Of a DNA stretch of 64,000 nt, positions 1 through 12,501 are shown in pieces (the stretch's first letter is position 1; the number at the start of each line of letters is the position of its first letter). Made by a program: the position numbers and the translations under genes. The stretch covers positions 128,001 through 192,000 of the forward strand of contig CAVSAC010000010.1 of NCBI GenBank assembly GCA_963725865.1, in the 5' to 3' direction. Source of the DNA: Candidatus Eiseniibacteriota bacterium (GTDB lineage: Bacteria; Eisenbacteria; RBG-16-71-46). The notes under the pieces were generated by a model that was given only the letters and a program-made list of their open reading frames with translations, was not told where the DNA came from and did no database searches.

Positions 1-552
1 GATCGGATCGCCGTACGCCAGCACCACCCGCGCGAACGGCTGCGGCACCAGAAATCCGTCCCACGAGCGCGCCACCCACGCGCGCCGGGATCCGGTCGCG
101 ACCGGCACCACCGGCCAGCCGGTCCGCGCCGCCAGCCACACCAGCCCCGGCTTGAGCACTTCCGCCGGACCGCGCGGGCCGTCCGGGGTGACCGCGAGCG
201 AGCGGCCGCGCGCCGCCCACTCGAGCATCTCCTGGGCCCCCGCGCGGCCGGCGCGATGGCTCGACCCGCGCGCGGCGACGAAGCCCAGGCGCTCGATCAC
301 GCGAGTGATGAGCTCGCCGTCGCGGCTGCGGCTCACCAGGGCGGCGACCCCGAGGTCGCGATGCGAGTACAGCGTGGGCAGCAGACACGCGTGCCACAGC
401 GCGAAGATGTAGCGCTGACCGCCCGCGAGTCGCTCGTCGACCTCGCGCGTCCGCACCCGCTCGAACCGCCACGTGCCCGCCAGCAGCCGGAACACCCCGG
501 TGCCCGCGAGCGCGGCCGGCTCCACCCACCACGGCATGCGGCCGGCGCTCAC
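1..552 (-). CDS. DUF374 / lysophospholipid acyltransferase-family protein (3' end runs off the window)
   Basis: Manual translation from GTG 552 (GTGA overlap with the lpxB stop): ...YIFALWHACLL...VSRSRDGELI...RGSS...TPDGPRGP...; typical of the DUF374 gene that follows lpxB. Confidence 0.8.
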   Translation of the reverse strand, partial: MSAGRMPWWVEPAALAGTGVFRLLAGTWRFERVRTREVDERLAGGQRYIFALWHACLLPTLYSHRDLGVAALVSRSRDGELITRVIERLGFVAARGSSHRAGRAGAQEMLEWAARGRSLAVTPDGPRGPAEVLKPGLVWLAARTGWPVVPVATGSRRAWVARSWDGFLVPQPFARVVLAYGDPI

Positions 553-1688
553 GCCACCAGCTCCCGCAGCCATTCCGCCGCGCGCGCCGCCGCGCCGGGA
601 CCGCCGAGCCGCGCGCGCACCCGCGCCACCTTCGCGCGCGCCGCGGCGCGGGCCGCCAGATCGTCGAGCCACGGCGCCAGCGCGGCGGCCAGCCGCTCGG
701 AGGTGAGGCCGGCCTGGATCAGCTCCGGCGCCACGTCCTCACCGGCGATGATGTTGGGCAGCCCGATGCGCTCGAGCGTGATCAGGCGTCGCGCGATCCA
801 GTGGTTGAGGGGGCTGGTGCGGTAGACGATCGCGAGCGGGGTGCCGAGCAGCGCGGTCTCGAGCGTCGCGGTGCCCGACGCGACGGCGCACGCGGTGGAG
901 TGGGCCTGCACCGCGTGGGTGCGCCCCTCGACCACGCGCACGCCATCGAGCGGCCCGCCGAGCGCCTCGACGGCCGCCCGCGAATAGCCCGGTGCGGCTG
1001 CCAGCACCGCGACCAGTCCGGGTCGCGAGCGCATCAGCGCGCGCGCCGCCGCGGCCATCACCGGCACGTGGGCGCGCAGCTCGTGGCGCCGGCTGCCCGG
1101 CAGCAGCCCGAGCAGCGGCGTCCCGGGGGCCACGCCCAGTTCGGCGCGCAGTGTGGCGGCGTCCACTTCGGGGGCGAGCTCCTCCATCAGCGGATGGCCC
1201 ACGAAGCGCGTCGGCACCCCGGCGGCGCGGAACAGCTCTTCCTCGAACGGGAACACCACCGCGAGGCGGTCCACCCAGCGCGCCATCTGCGCCGCGCGCT
1301 CCGGGTGCCACGCCCACACCTGCGGGGCGATGTAGTAGAAGACCGGCACGCCGAGGCGCTTCAGGCGCGGTCCGAGCCGCAGGTTGAATCCGGGAGCGTC
1401 GACCAGCACGGCCGCATGCGGACGGAAGCGGCGCGCTTCCTCGATCAGCGCGCGGTAGACCCCGAAGATGCGGGGCAGCCGTGGGAGCACCGAGGTGAAG
1501 CCGATGATCGACAGCGCGTCCATCGAGGCGACCCGCTCCGCGCCGGCCGCCTCGAGCGCCGGACCGGTGAGCCCGCGCACCACGCACGGCCCCCCCGCCC
1601 GCAGCGCCGTCACCAGCCGCGCCGCGTGCCGGTCGCCGGAGGTCTCCCCCGCGACGATCAGGAAGCGGCGCTGGTCGCCGTCGCCCAC
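549..1688 (-). CDS. lpxB: Lipid-A-disaccharide synthase
   Basis: IVAGETSGDRH, VDAPGFNLRL, YYIAPQVWAW, FVGHPL, LLPGSRRHE, ASGTATLE motifs; GTG start at 1688 inferred. Confidence 0.95.
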   Translation of the reverse strand: MGDGDQRRFLIVAGETSGDRHAARLVTALRAGGPCVVRGLTGPALEAAGAERVASMDALSIIGFTSVLPRLPRIFGVYRALIEEARRFRPHAAVLVDAPGFNLRLGPRLKRLGVPVFYYIAPQVWAWHPERAAQMARWVDRLAVVFPFEEELFRAAGVPTRFVGHPLMEELAPEVDAATLRAELGVAPGTPLLGLLPGSRRHELRAHVPVMAAAARALMRSRPGLVAVLAAAPGYSRAAVEALGGPLDGVRVVEGRTHAVQAHSTACAVASGTATLETALLGTPLAIVYRTSPLNHWIARRLITLERIGLPNIIAGEDVAPELIQAGLTSERLAAALAPWLDDLAARAAARAKVARVRARLGGPGAAARAAEWLRELVA

Positions 1689-2656
1689 TGCTGCGCCCGT
1701 CGACGCATCGCTGCCTGCACCTCGGCGGCCACCCGCACCGCCGCCCGTCCGGCCGCGGCCGAGGCGGCGCCCTCGCCGGCCCCGCGCAGCGAGAGCACGA
1801 ACGCGCTCAGCTGGAGTCCCAGCGGCTCGCCGGGCACCGCGGTGAACGATCGCCGCTCGATGCCCGCCAGCAGCGCGAGCGGATCCACCTGGCCGGGCTT
1901 GAAGGAATTCGGCGACTGGATGCGGAACATCTCGCCCGTCTTCTCGAACAGGTCGATCGACAGGTAGGCGTCGCCCTGGAAGAACCGCAGCCGCCGCAGG
2001 CGCTCGACCGAGACCCGGCTGGCGGTCAGGTTCGCCACGCAGCCGTCCGGGAACTCCAGCCGCGCGTTCGCGATGTCCTCGTGCGCCGACAGCACCGCCA
2101 CGCCGACCGCCGAGATCGTGCTCGGGCTCTGCCCGACGAACGCCAGCACCGCGTCGATGTCGTGGATCATGAGGTCGAACACCACGTCGATGTCGAGCGA
2201 GCGCGGCTGGAACGGCGCCAGCCGGTGGCCCTCGATGAAGCGCGGACCGTGCACGTGGGGACGCGCCGCCAGCAGCACCGGATTGAAGCGCTCGACCTGG
2301 CCGACCTGGAGGATCACGCCGGCGCGCTCGGCGGCCGCGATCATCGCGTCCGTCTCCGCGGGCGAGAACGCCATCGGCTTCTCGACCAGCACGTGCCGGC
2401 CCGCGGCGCACGCGCGCTCGACCGCCTCGCGGTGCGCGACGGTCGGCACCGCGACCGAGACCGCCTCCACCGCGTCCAGCAGCGACTCCGGCGAGTCGTG
2501 GATGGGGCACTGGTACCGCGCGGCCACCGCGGCGGCGCGCTCCGCGTCGACGTCGTAGACGCCGGCCAGCGACGCCTCGGGCATTGCGGCATAGACCCGC
2601 GCGTGCTTCTCGCCCCACACCCCGACGCCCCACACCCCGACCCGCACCGGCTTCAT
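1658..2656 (-). CDS. Gfo/Idh/MocA oxidoreductase, GnnA-like (putative UDP-GlcNAc 3-dehydrogenase)
   Basis: GVGVWG Rossmann motif, LVEKP, VERFNP, DLMIHDID; located between lpxA and lpxB. Confidence 0.8.
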   Translation of the reverse strand: MKPVRVGVWGVGVWGEKHARVYAAMPEASLAGVYDVDAERAAAVAARYQCPIHDSPESLLDAVEAVSVAVPTVAHREAVERACAAGRHVLVEKPMAFSPAETDAMIAAAERAGVILQVGQVERFNPVLLAARPHVHGPRFIEGHRLAPFQPRSLDIDVVFDLMIHDIDAVLAFVGQSPSTISAVGVAVLSAHEDIANARLEFPDGCVANLTASRVSVERLRRLRFFQGDAYLSIDLFEKTGEMFRIQSPNSFKPGQVDPLALLAGIERRSFTAVPGEPLGLQLSAFVLSLRGAGEGAASAAAGRAAVRVAAEVQAAMRRRAQQWATATSAAS

Positions 2657-2666
2657 GCGTCCTCCC

Positions 2667-3443
2667 TCAGCGGGTGATGCCGCGCGCCGAGGTCTCGCAG
2701 AACCGCGCGAAGTGCTCGACCTCGGGCACGCCCGGATGCTCCGCCCGGATGCGCTCGACCGCCTGCGTCACGGTCAGACCCTGGCGGAAGAACAGGCGAT
2801 AGGCGCCCTCGATCGCCGCCACCGTCGCGGCGTCGAATCCCCGGCGCTGGAGTCCGATCGTGTTGACCCCCGCGAGCCGCGGCGGGCTGCCCCCCAGCCT
2901 CACGTAGGGAGCGACGTCCTGCGGGATGCGCGAGCCGCCGCCGATCATGCAGTGCGCGCCGATGCGCACGAACTGGTGGACCACCGTGCTGCCTCCCACG
3001 ATCGCCCAGTCCTCGATCGCGACGTAGCCCGCGAACTGGACCGCGTTCGCCACGATGACGTGGTCGCCCAGCGCGCAGTTGTGCGCGACGTGCGAGTAGG
3101 CCATCAGCAGGCAGTCGCTGCCCACGCGCGTGGTGGCGCCCGGCTCGGTGGCGAGGTTCGCGGTCGCGAACTCGCGCATCACGGTGCGGTCGCCGATCAC
3201 GAGGTACGAGGGCTCGCCCAGGTACTTGAGGTCCTGCGGCGCGCTGCCGGCCACCGCCGCGTGATGGAAGTGGCAATCGTGGCCGATCGTGGTCCAGCCG
3301 GTCAGCAGCACGTGCGCGTCGATGCGCGTGCGGTCGCCGACCGTCACGTCCGGGCCGATCACCGCCCCCGGACCGATGACCACGTCGACGCCGAGCCGTG
3401 CCTTGCGATCGACGAACGCGGCGTCGTGCACCTGGACGCTCAT
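2667..3443 (-). CDS. lpxA: Acyl-ACP--UDP-N-acetylglucosamine O-acyltransferase
   Basis: Hexapeptide repeats, PQDLKY, LLMAYSHVAHNC, VHQFVRIG; ATG 3443 overlaps the upstream stop. Confidence 0.95.
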   Translation of the reverse strand: MSVQVHDAAFVDRKARLGVDVVIGPGAVIGPDVTVGDRTRIDAHVLLTGWTTIGHDCHFHHAAVAGSAPQDLKYLGEPSYLVIGDRTVMREFATANLATEPGATTRVGSDCLLMAYSHVAHNCALGDHVIVANAVQFAGYVAIEDWAIVGGSTVVHQFVRIGAHCMIGGGSRIPQDVAPYVRLGGSPPRLAGVNTIGLQRRGFDAATVAAIEGAYRLFFRQGLTVTQAVERIRAEHPGVPEVEHFARFCETSARGITR

Positions 3444-4750
3444 GCCGGCCGCCGATCCACGATGGTGGCCAACAGCTCGGCCTCCGCCACCAGCTGGCCG
3501 TCCACGAACGCCTCGCCGCGCATGCGGGACACGCGGTTCTTGAGCTTGAGCAGCGTCAGCCGCATACGAAGCTGGTCGCCCGGCGTCACCGGTCGGCGGA
3601 AGCGCGCGCCGTCGATGCCCATGAAGTACATCAGCTTGTCGTTCGGGTCGTCGACCGAGTTCAGCAGCAGCAGGCCGCCCACCTGCGCCATCGCCTCGAG
3701 GATCAGGACCGCGGGCATCACCGGATGCCCCGGGAAATGCCCGACGAAGAACGGCTCGTTGATCGTGACGTTCTTGATCCCCTCGATACTCTGGCCTTCC
3801 TCGATGCGCGTGATCCGGTCCACCAGCAGGAACGGGTAGCGATGCGGCATGATGTCGAGGATCGCGGTGATGTCCCACTCCTCCGGCGGACCGCCCGCGC
3901 GCCGCCCGGGCAGCGGCAGCGACTCCTTGAGCCGCTTCACGAACTGCACGTGGCCCTGGTGGCCCGAGCGCAGCGCGGTGACGTGGCCGAGCAGCGGACC
4001 CCCGAGGATGAACAGGTCGCCGAGCAGGTCGAGGATCTTGTGGCGCACGAACTCGTCCGGGTAGCGCAGCCCGCCCGGGTTCCGCACGCCGTGCTCGCCC
4101 ACCACGAGGGCGCTCTCGATCCGGCCGCCCTTGATCCAGCCGGCCGCCCGCAGCCCCTCGAGGTCGCGCTCGAGCACGAACGTACGGGCGGGCGCGATGT
4201 CGCGCATGAAAGTCTGCTCGTCGATGTCGAGCGAGAGGGTCTGCCGGCCGATGAAGCTGTCCGGATAATCGATCGTGAACGTGATCTTGAAACCCTGGTA
4301 GGGCACCGCGTGCAACTCGACGCCGTCCTCGCTCCAGTGCACCGGCTTGGTGACCTTGATGTGGCTGCGCGGCTTGTCCTGGGTCTCGAGGCCGGTCTCC
4401 ATCAGCAGCCGGGCGATCGGGAGCGCGCTGCCGTCGGCCGGCTCGGGGATCTCCATCGTCGAGGTCTCGATCAGCAGGTTGTCGATCCCGACCCCTGCGA
4501 CCGCCGCGAGCACGTGCTCCATGGTGTGGATCTGCACGTCGTCCTGCACCAGGATCGTGCGGCGCCCCGCGCGCGGGTCGAAGTACGCGTTCTCGGGCCG
4601 CACCTGGACCGTCGGGCGCCCCGGCAGGTCGGTGCGCACGAAGCGCACGCCGGTGCCGACCGCGGCCGGCTTGAACACCACCATCCCGCGCTCGCCGGTG
4701 TGCAGACCCACGCCCTCGAGCGCGGCCTCGCGCGTGATGGTCCGCTGCAT
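3440..4750 (-). CDS. lpxC/fabZ: Bifunctional LpxC deacetylase / FabZ dehydratase fusion
   Basis: GVGLHTG, TMEHVLAA, HKILDLLGD (LpxC) followed by MPHRYPFLLVDRI, GHFPGHPVMPAVLILEAMAQ (FabZ). Confidence 0.95.
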   Translation of the reverse strand: MQRTITREAALEGVGLHTGERGMVVFKPAAVGTGVRFVRTDLPGRPTVQVRPENAYFDPRAGRRTILVQDDVQIHTMEHVLAAVAGVGIDNLLIETSTMEIPEPADGSALPIARLLMETGLETQDKPRSHIKVTKPVHWSEDGVELHAVPYQGFKITFTIDYPDSFIGRQTLSLDIDEQTFMRDIAPARTFVLERDLEGLRAAGWIKGGRIESALVVGEHGVRNPGGLRYPDEFVRHKILDLLGDLFILGGPLLGHVTALRSGHQGHVQFVKRLKESLPLPGRRAGGPPEEWDITAILDIMPHRYPFLLVDRITRIEEGQSIEGIKNVTINEPFFVGHFPGHPVMPAVLILEAMAQVGGLLLLNSVDDPNDKLMYFMGIDGARFRRPVTPGDQLRMRLTLLKLKNRVSRMRGEAFVDGQLVAEAELLATIVDRRPA

Positions 4751-4758
4751 GCGACCCT

Positions 4759-5820
4759 TCAACGGACGCCCTCCCGTTCGTTCTCGCGTTCGTTCTGCTG
4801 CTCGAGCGCCGCCACCCGGCCCTCGAGCGCCTTGGCGCGCCGGAACAGGTCCGGCAGCTTCTGGAGGTAAGCGTTGATGCGCTTGAACAGCATCAGCGGA
4901 AGCGCCGGGTAGCCGAACACCTGCGCGCCCGGTGGGACCGACTTCGAGACCCCGCTCTGCCCGCCGATCTGGGCGCCGCGTCCGATCGTGATGTGGCCGA
5001 TCAGACCGGCCTGGCCCGCGACCGTGACGTAGTCCTCGAGCCGCGTGCTGCCCGAGATGCCGACCTGCGCCACGATGATGCAGTGCTCGCCCACCACCAC
5101 GTTGTGGCCGATCTGCACCAGGTTGTCGATCTTGGTCCCGCTCCCGATGCGGGTCGCGTCGGTGGTGGCCCGGTCGATGGTGACGTTCGCGCCGATCTCG
5201 ACGTCGTCGCCGATGAAGACGTTCCCCACCTGCGGGACCTTGTGGTAGCGCCCGCTGTCGAACGCGAACCCGAATCCGTCGCTGCCGATCACGGTGCCGG
5301 GATGGACGATGCAGCGATCGCCGAGCGAGCACTCCTCCCGCACCACTACGTTCGGGTAGAGGTAGGTCTCCGCGCCGATCGCCGCGTTCACGCCCAGGTA
5401 GCAGCTCGCCATCATCACCGCGCGATCGCCTACGCGCGCGCCACGCTCCACGGTGCAGTGGGGACCGATCGACACGCCTTCGCCGACCTGCGCGTCGGGT
5501 GCGATCACGGCGGACGGGTGGACGCCGACCGCCGGACGATAGACGTCGGGCCGGAACAGGCGCACGGCCCGCTGGAACGCCAGATAGGGATTTGCGACCT
5601 TCAGCAGCGCAACGCCCGACTCGCGGGCATCATAGGAGATGATCACCGCAGAAGCGCGGGTCTCGCCCAGGTAGGAGTCGTAGCGGGAATTGGCGATGAA
5701 CGTGATGTCACCCGGCATCGCCTCGCGGATGCCGGCGACGCCGCGGATCACGATTGATCCGTCCCCCACCACCTCGCCGTCCAGCTCGGCCGCCAGTTGG
5801 TCCAATGTCAGGGTGATCAT
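4759..5820 (-). CDS. lpxD: UDP-3-O-acyl-glucosamine N-acyltransferase
   Basis: IGSDGFGF, KVPQVG, TKIDNLVQIGHN and hexapeptide repeats. Confidence 0.95.
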   Translation of the reverse strand: MITLTLDQLAAELDGEVVGDGSIVIRGVAGIREAMPGDITFIANSRYDSYLGETRASAVIISYDARESGVALLKVANPYLAFQRAVRLFRPDVYRPAVGVHPSAVIAPDAQVGEGVSIGPHCTVERGARVGDRAVMMASCYLGVNAAIGAETYLYPNVVVREECSLGDRCIVHPGTVIGSDGFGFAFDSGRYHKVPQVGNVFIGDDVEIGANVTIDRATTDATRIGSGTKIDNLVQIGHNVVVGEHCIIVAQVGISGSTRLEDYVTVAGQAGLIGHITIGRGAQIGGQSGVSKSVPPGAQVFGYPALPLMLFKRINAYLQKLPDLFRRAKALEGRVAALEQQNERENEREGVR

Positions 5821-5921
5821 CCTTCACCTTCCCGGGCCATCCACGGGGACGGCCCTCCTCGGCCCCCGGCGCCGCCGGCGGGGACCGTCGGCGCGGGCGC
5901 GGCCCGCGGTCCTGCCCCGCC

Positions 5922-6506
5922 TCAGTGCGGGGTCGCGCCCGTCGTCCGGGCGTTGAGCTCGTTCATCACGTCCGCAGTGAGGTCGAGCGAGCGGTCCGCG
6001 TAAATGAGGAATCCGCTCGCGGCGTCGAAGACGAGGTACAGTCCCTTGTCGCCCGCGACCTTTTCGACCGCCTGACGGATCTGGGTCACGACCTCTTCGG
6101 TCGCCTGCTGATTCTCCTGGGCCGCCTTGCCCTGCGGCCCCCAGATATCCTGGATGAAGCGTTCGTATTCGCTGATCGATCGCTGCAGCTGCTCTTCCTT
6201 CTCCTGCCGCTTGCTCGCGGACAGGATCGGCGACTGGTCGCGCACCTCGGCACGGAGGGCGTTCACCGCCTTCTCCTTCTCCGCCGCCTCGTCGCGCCAG
6301 CCCTGCACGCGGCGGTCGAAGCGCTGCTGCGACTCCACCGCCACCTTGTACTGCTCGAAGATCTTGCCCGAGTCAATATAGCCGATGCGTAGGTCCGCGG
6401 GCGAAGCGGCCCGCGCGAGCGGCGCGCACAGCCCCAGAGCGGCGAACGCGGCGAGCAGCACCCCCACGGGGCGCCGGCAGCGATGCGTCAGGATGCGGTC
6501 GGGCAT
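5922..6506 (-). CDS. skp: OmpH/Skp periplasmic chaperone
   Basis: Signal peptide, IGYID, long coiled coil, C-terminal IYADRSLDLT; located between bamA and lpxD. Confidence 0.9.
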   Translation of the reverse strand: MPDRILTHRCRRPVGVLLAAFAALGLCAPLARAASPADLRIGYIDSGKIFEQYKVAVESQQRFDRRVQGWRDEAAEKEKAVNALRAEVRDQSPILSASKRQEKEEQLQRSISEYERFIQDIWGPQGKAAQENQQATEEVVTQIRQAVEKVAGDKGLYLVFDAASGFLIYADRSLDLTADVMNELNARTTGATPH

Positions 6507-6508
6507 GG

Positions 6509-8917
6509 TCAGAAGCTCTGATTGCCGAGGAGGAAGTGACCCACGGCATGGGGTCCGTCGTCGCGATTGAAGCCGTAGCCGTAATCGAAGCCGATGTTGC
6601 CGAGCAGCGGGATCTCGAGCCGGAACCCGATGCCCGCCCCCATCTTCAGGTCGAACGGCCGGATCTCGCGGAGTCGATCCCAGGTGTTGCCCGCGTCGAA
6701 GAAGAGCACACCGTGCAGCGGATGCACAATCGGGAACTGCTGCTCCAGGGTGAACACCGTCATGAAGCGCCCGCCCGGGTAGCGGATCCGCGTCTTGGTC
6801 TCGCCGTAGAGCGTGTCGCGCGTGCCCGGCGTCGTGGTCGAGTCGATGCTGGAGATGTAGCGCGAGATCACCTGTCGGTTGTACTTGTCGGGCACCACCA
6901 TGTAGTCGTCGTAGCCGCGCAGCGGATCCAGCGTGGTGCCGCCCCCGAGGCGGAAGCGCTCATAGGTCGGGACCGCGCGGTGCTGGTCGAGGTACTCGCC
7001 CACGAATCCCATCCGCACCTTGAGCATCGTGGTCACGTGGCGGGTGAACGACGGCAGGTAGAGCCGGCCGTCGAGCCGGTGCTTGTGGAAGTCGACCGAG
7101 CCGCCGAACGGACCGCCCGCCACCTCGCTCTCGAGCGTCAGCCGTGTGCCCTTGGTCGGGTAGAACGGGTTGTCGCTGCTGTTGCGCACGAACGCGAGCG
7201 TGGTGCTGCTGGTGCGCACGGCGCGCCCCACCGACAGGTTCGCGAGCAACGCCGAGTCCGCGGCCGACGTTGCGGTGCCGAGCTCGGTGATTGTGACGTC
7301 CTCGAGGCTGTAGCTCACCGAGCCCCGCGCGTAATCGGGCCACGGCAGCGGGCGCCCGATGCGGCCCGCGCCGCCCACGCGCTTCTCGGTGTAGAGGTCG
7401 TAGTCGCGCATGGTGTTGTAGGCGGAGAAACCGAGCAGCGTGGGCGTGTCGCGGAACCACGGCTCGGTGAACGAGAGCGAGTAGTCCTCGCGCTTGCTGC
7501 CGCGCTCGAGGTGGAGCGACAGGCTCTGGCCGTTGCCGAGCACGTTGTTGTGGCCCAGCTCGAGGAAGCCGGTCAGGCCGCTCTCGTTGGTGTAGCCGGC
7601 ACCCGCCGATGCCGTGCCGACCTGCTTCTCCTTCACCTTGAGCGTGATGTCGACGTCGCTGCTGTCGGCGGGCACGAAGTCGAGCTGGACGTCCTCGAAG
7701 AGCCCGAGCCGGAAGATGTCCCCCTGGCTGCGCACCAGCGCCGAGCGCTTGAATCGCTCGCCTTCGTGGATGTCGAGCTCGCGCCGGATGACCTTCTCGC
7801 GCGTGCCCTTGTTGCCGCTGATCAGCACCGCGTGCACGTTGGAGGGCCGGCCCTCGGCGATCGAAAACGCCACGTCCACCAGCGAGTCGCGCACCGTCTC
7901 GTTGGGCTCGATCTGGAGGTAGAACAGGTAGCCGCGCTCCGCGTACTCGGAGAACGCCGCCTGCTGCGCCTTCTCGATCCGCGACGCGTCGTAGCCCTCC
8001 CCCGGCTTGGGGCGCCACAGGCCCGCGAGCAGCGTCGAGTCCACGACCTGGTTCCCGCTCCAGGTGACCCGGCCCATCTGGTACACCGGCCCCTCGTCGA
8101 TCACGACGTGCAGCGTGAGATCGCGGGAGGTGGCACCGGGGAGCAGCGTCTCGCTCGTCACGCGGGCGTCGCGGTAGCCGTGATTGCGGTACCAGCCCTC
8201 GAGCGCGTCGCGGTCTTCCGAGAACTTCGACTCGTCGGGCTCGCCGCCGCCGAAGAAGCCCTTCTTCTTGCTCTTCATCTGCTTCGCCAGCTTCTTGTGC
8301 GTGAACGCGCGGACGCCCTCGAACTCGATGCGTCGGATGCGCACCTTCTCGCCCTCGTGGATCACGAAGCGCAGCGCGATGCGGTTGCCGGACAGGGTGT
8401 CGGTCTGCGCGTCGATCGTGGCGCGCGCGTAGCCGGCGTCCTTGTAGACCTGCATCAGCGTGTCGCGCTGCGTCCGCACGGCGGAGGCCGAGTAGACCTC
8501 GCCTGCGCGCAGGAAGGTCTTCTTCTCGAGCTCGGAGGTCTCGCGCTTGACGTTGCCTGTGTACGTGACGCTCGCGATGCGCGGCCGCTCCTTCACCATC
8601 ACGACCAGGTCGACGACGCCCTCGTGGGCGTTCTGCTCGACGGTGACGTCGTCGAACACGCCGAGCGCGTACAGCTTGCGGACTCCGCGGCGGACCGCGT
8701 CCTGCGAGAACCGATCACCCGCGCGGATCTCGAACGTGCGCAGGATCCGCGTGCTGTCGCTGGTGACCTGGCCCCGCACCGAGACCGTGCCGATCGCCGG
8801 GGCGGCCTCCTCGACGGGCGCGGCCGGAGACGCCTCGGCCGGCGGCGGGGGCGGCTGGCCCTGCGCCGCGGCCGGAGTCGCGAGCAGTGAGAGGAGCAGG
8901 AGGATCCGCGTCAGCAG
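6509..8917 (-). CDS. bamA: Outer-membrane protein assembly factor BamA (start uncertain: CTG 8917/8914 or ATG 9001)
   Basis: Signal peptide LLTRILLLLSLLATPAAA, POTRA repeats (GN..T...VIRREL), LRGY barrel motif, terminal Phe. Confidence 0.92.
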   Translation of the reverse strand: MLTRILLLLSLLATPAAAQGQPPPPPAEASPAAPVEEAAPAIGTVSVRGQVTSDSTRILRTFEIRAGDRFSQDAVRRGVRKLYALGVFDDVTVEQNAHEGVVDLVVMVKERPRIASVTYTGNVKRETSELEKKTFLRAGEVYSASAVRTQRDTLMQVYKDAGYARATIDAQTDTLSGNRIALRFVIHEGEKVRIRRIEFEGVRAFTHKKLAKQMKSKKKGFFGGGEPDESKFSEDRDALEGWYRNHGYRDARVTSETLLPGATSRDLTLHVVIDEGPVYQMGRVTWSGNQVVDSTLLAGLWRPKPGEGYDASRIEKAQQAAFSEYAERGYLFYLQIEPNETVRDSLVDVAFSIAEGRPSNVHAVLISGNKGTREKVIRRELDIHEGERFKRSALVRSQGDIFRLGLFEDVQLDFVPADSSDVDITLKVKEKQVGTASAGAGYTNESGLTGFLELGHNNVLGNGQSLSLHLERGSKREDYSLSFTEPWFRDTPTLLGFSAYNTMRDYDLYTEKRVGGAGRIGRPLPWPDYARGSVSYSLEDVTITELGTATSAADSALLANLSVGRAVRTSSTTLAFVRNSSDNPFYPTKGTRLTLESEVAGGPFGGSVDFHKHRLDGRLYLPSFTRHVTTMLKVRMGFVGEYLDQHRAVPTYERFRLGGGTTLDPLRGYDDYMVVPDKYNRQVISRYISSIDSTTTPGTRDTLYGETKTRIRYPGGRFMTVFTLEQQFPIVHPLHGVLFFDAGNTWDRLREIRPFDLKMGAGIGFRLEIPLLGNIGFDYGYGFNRDDGPHAVGHFLLGNQSF

Positions 8918-8924
8918 GTCGGCC

Positions 8925-11396
<2,472 letters not shown>

Positions 11397-11412
11397 CGCG
11401 TCGCTCCTTGGG

Positions 11413-12501
11413 CTAGGCCAACCCGGACTCGCGTTCGGCGGCGGCGAGCCGCTCGCGCACGAGTTGGGCGCGGTAGACGTTGCGTTCGGCCGGAGAGAGC
11501 TCGCCCCCGCGGAACCGCTCGAGGTGGGCAGGTTGGGTCACGATCAGCATCTCGTTCATCACCGCGAGCGGCGGCAGCCCGGTCAGACCCAGCGCCACGC
11601 CGAGCCGCACCGCCGAGCACAGGTTGATGACTTCGCGCGAGTGGATCGAGCGACAGTGCCGCAGCGTCCCGTAGGCGCGCCACACCTTGTCCTCGATCTG
11701 CACGCGGGCGTCCCGCATCATCCGCTCGCGCGCCTGCTCCTCGGTCTCGATGATCTGGCGCGTCACCCGTTCCAGGCTCTCGATCGAGTCGCGTTCGCTG
11801 CGGCCGAGCGTGGTCTGGTTCGAGATCTGGAAGAGGTTGCCCATGACCTCGCTGTTCTCCCCGTACAGCCCGCGCACGTTGAGGCCGACCTGCATGATGC
11901 TCTTGAGCACCTTCTGGATCTCGTCGAGCAGCACCAGCGCGGGCAGGTGGATGAGCACCGAGGCGCGCATCCCCGTGCCGGCGTTGGTCGGGCACGACGT
12001 CAGGTAGCCGATCTCGTCCGAGAACGCGAAGTCGAGCGCCTGGTTGAGCTCGTCGTCGGCGGCGTCGGCGTGCGACCACGCCTCGGTCAGCTGGAAGCCC
12101 GCCGACATCGACTGCAGGCGCAGGTGGTCTTCCTCGTTGACCATCAGCGAGAGCCGCTCGTCGCGGCCGATCACGATGCCGCGCGGCTTGCTGCCGTCGC
12201 CCAGCTCGTGCGAGACGAGGTGGCGCTCGACCAGGATCTGGCGCTCGATCGGCGTCAGTCGGTCCATGCGCAGCAGCAGCCCGCCGCCGAAGCTCGGCGC
12301 GCGCTGCGCCGCACCCGTGACCGAGACCAGCACGCCCTCCATCTGCTCGGGACGCGCGCGATGCGAGAACGGCACCGCGCTCAGATTGCGCGCCAGCCGC
12401 ACGCGGGTCGACAGCACCATCTCCGAGCGCGGGCCGTCGCCGGCCAGCCACGGGCTCGGGCGGCTGAACAGCTCGTCGAACGACTGCGGCGCGGCGCTCA
12501 T
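11413..12501 (-). CDS. mcsB: Protein arginine kinase
   Basis: STRVRLARN, NEEDHLR, SCPTNAGTGMRAS, FQISNQTTLG; located between mcsA and clpC. Confidence 0.95.
   Translation of the reverse strand: MSAAPQSFDELFSRPSPWLAGDGPRSEMVLSTRVRLARNLSAVPFSHRARPEQMEGVLVSVTGAAQRAPSFGGGLLLRMDRLTPIERQILVERHLVSHELGDGSKPRGIVIGRDERLSLMVNEEDHLRLQSMSAGFQLTEAWSHADAADDELNQALDFAFSDEIGYLTSCPTNAGTGMRASVLIHLPALVLLDEIQKVLKSIMQVGLNVRGLYGENSEVMGNLFQISNQTTLGRSERDSIESLERVTRQIIETEEQARERMMRDARVQIEDKVWRAYGTLRHCRSIHSREVINLCSAVRLGVALGLTGLPPLAVMNEMLIVTQPAHLERFRGGELSPAERNVYRAQLVRERLAAAERESGLA

Noticed and set aside
3440..4750. LpxC-FabZ fusion as a novelty
   Set aside because: A well-known fusion in Bacteroidota, Chlorobi and related lineages; useful only as a taxonomic hint.
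5821..5921. GC-rich inverted repeats between skp and lpxD
   Set aside because: No U-tract or recognisable ncRNA motif; such stems arise easily in very GC-rich spacers.
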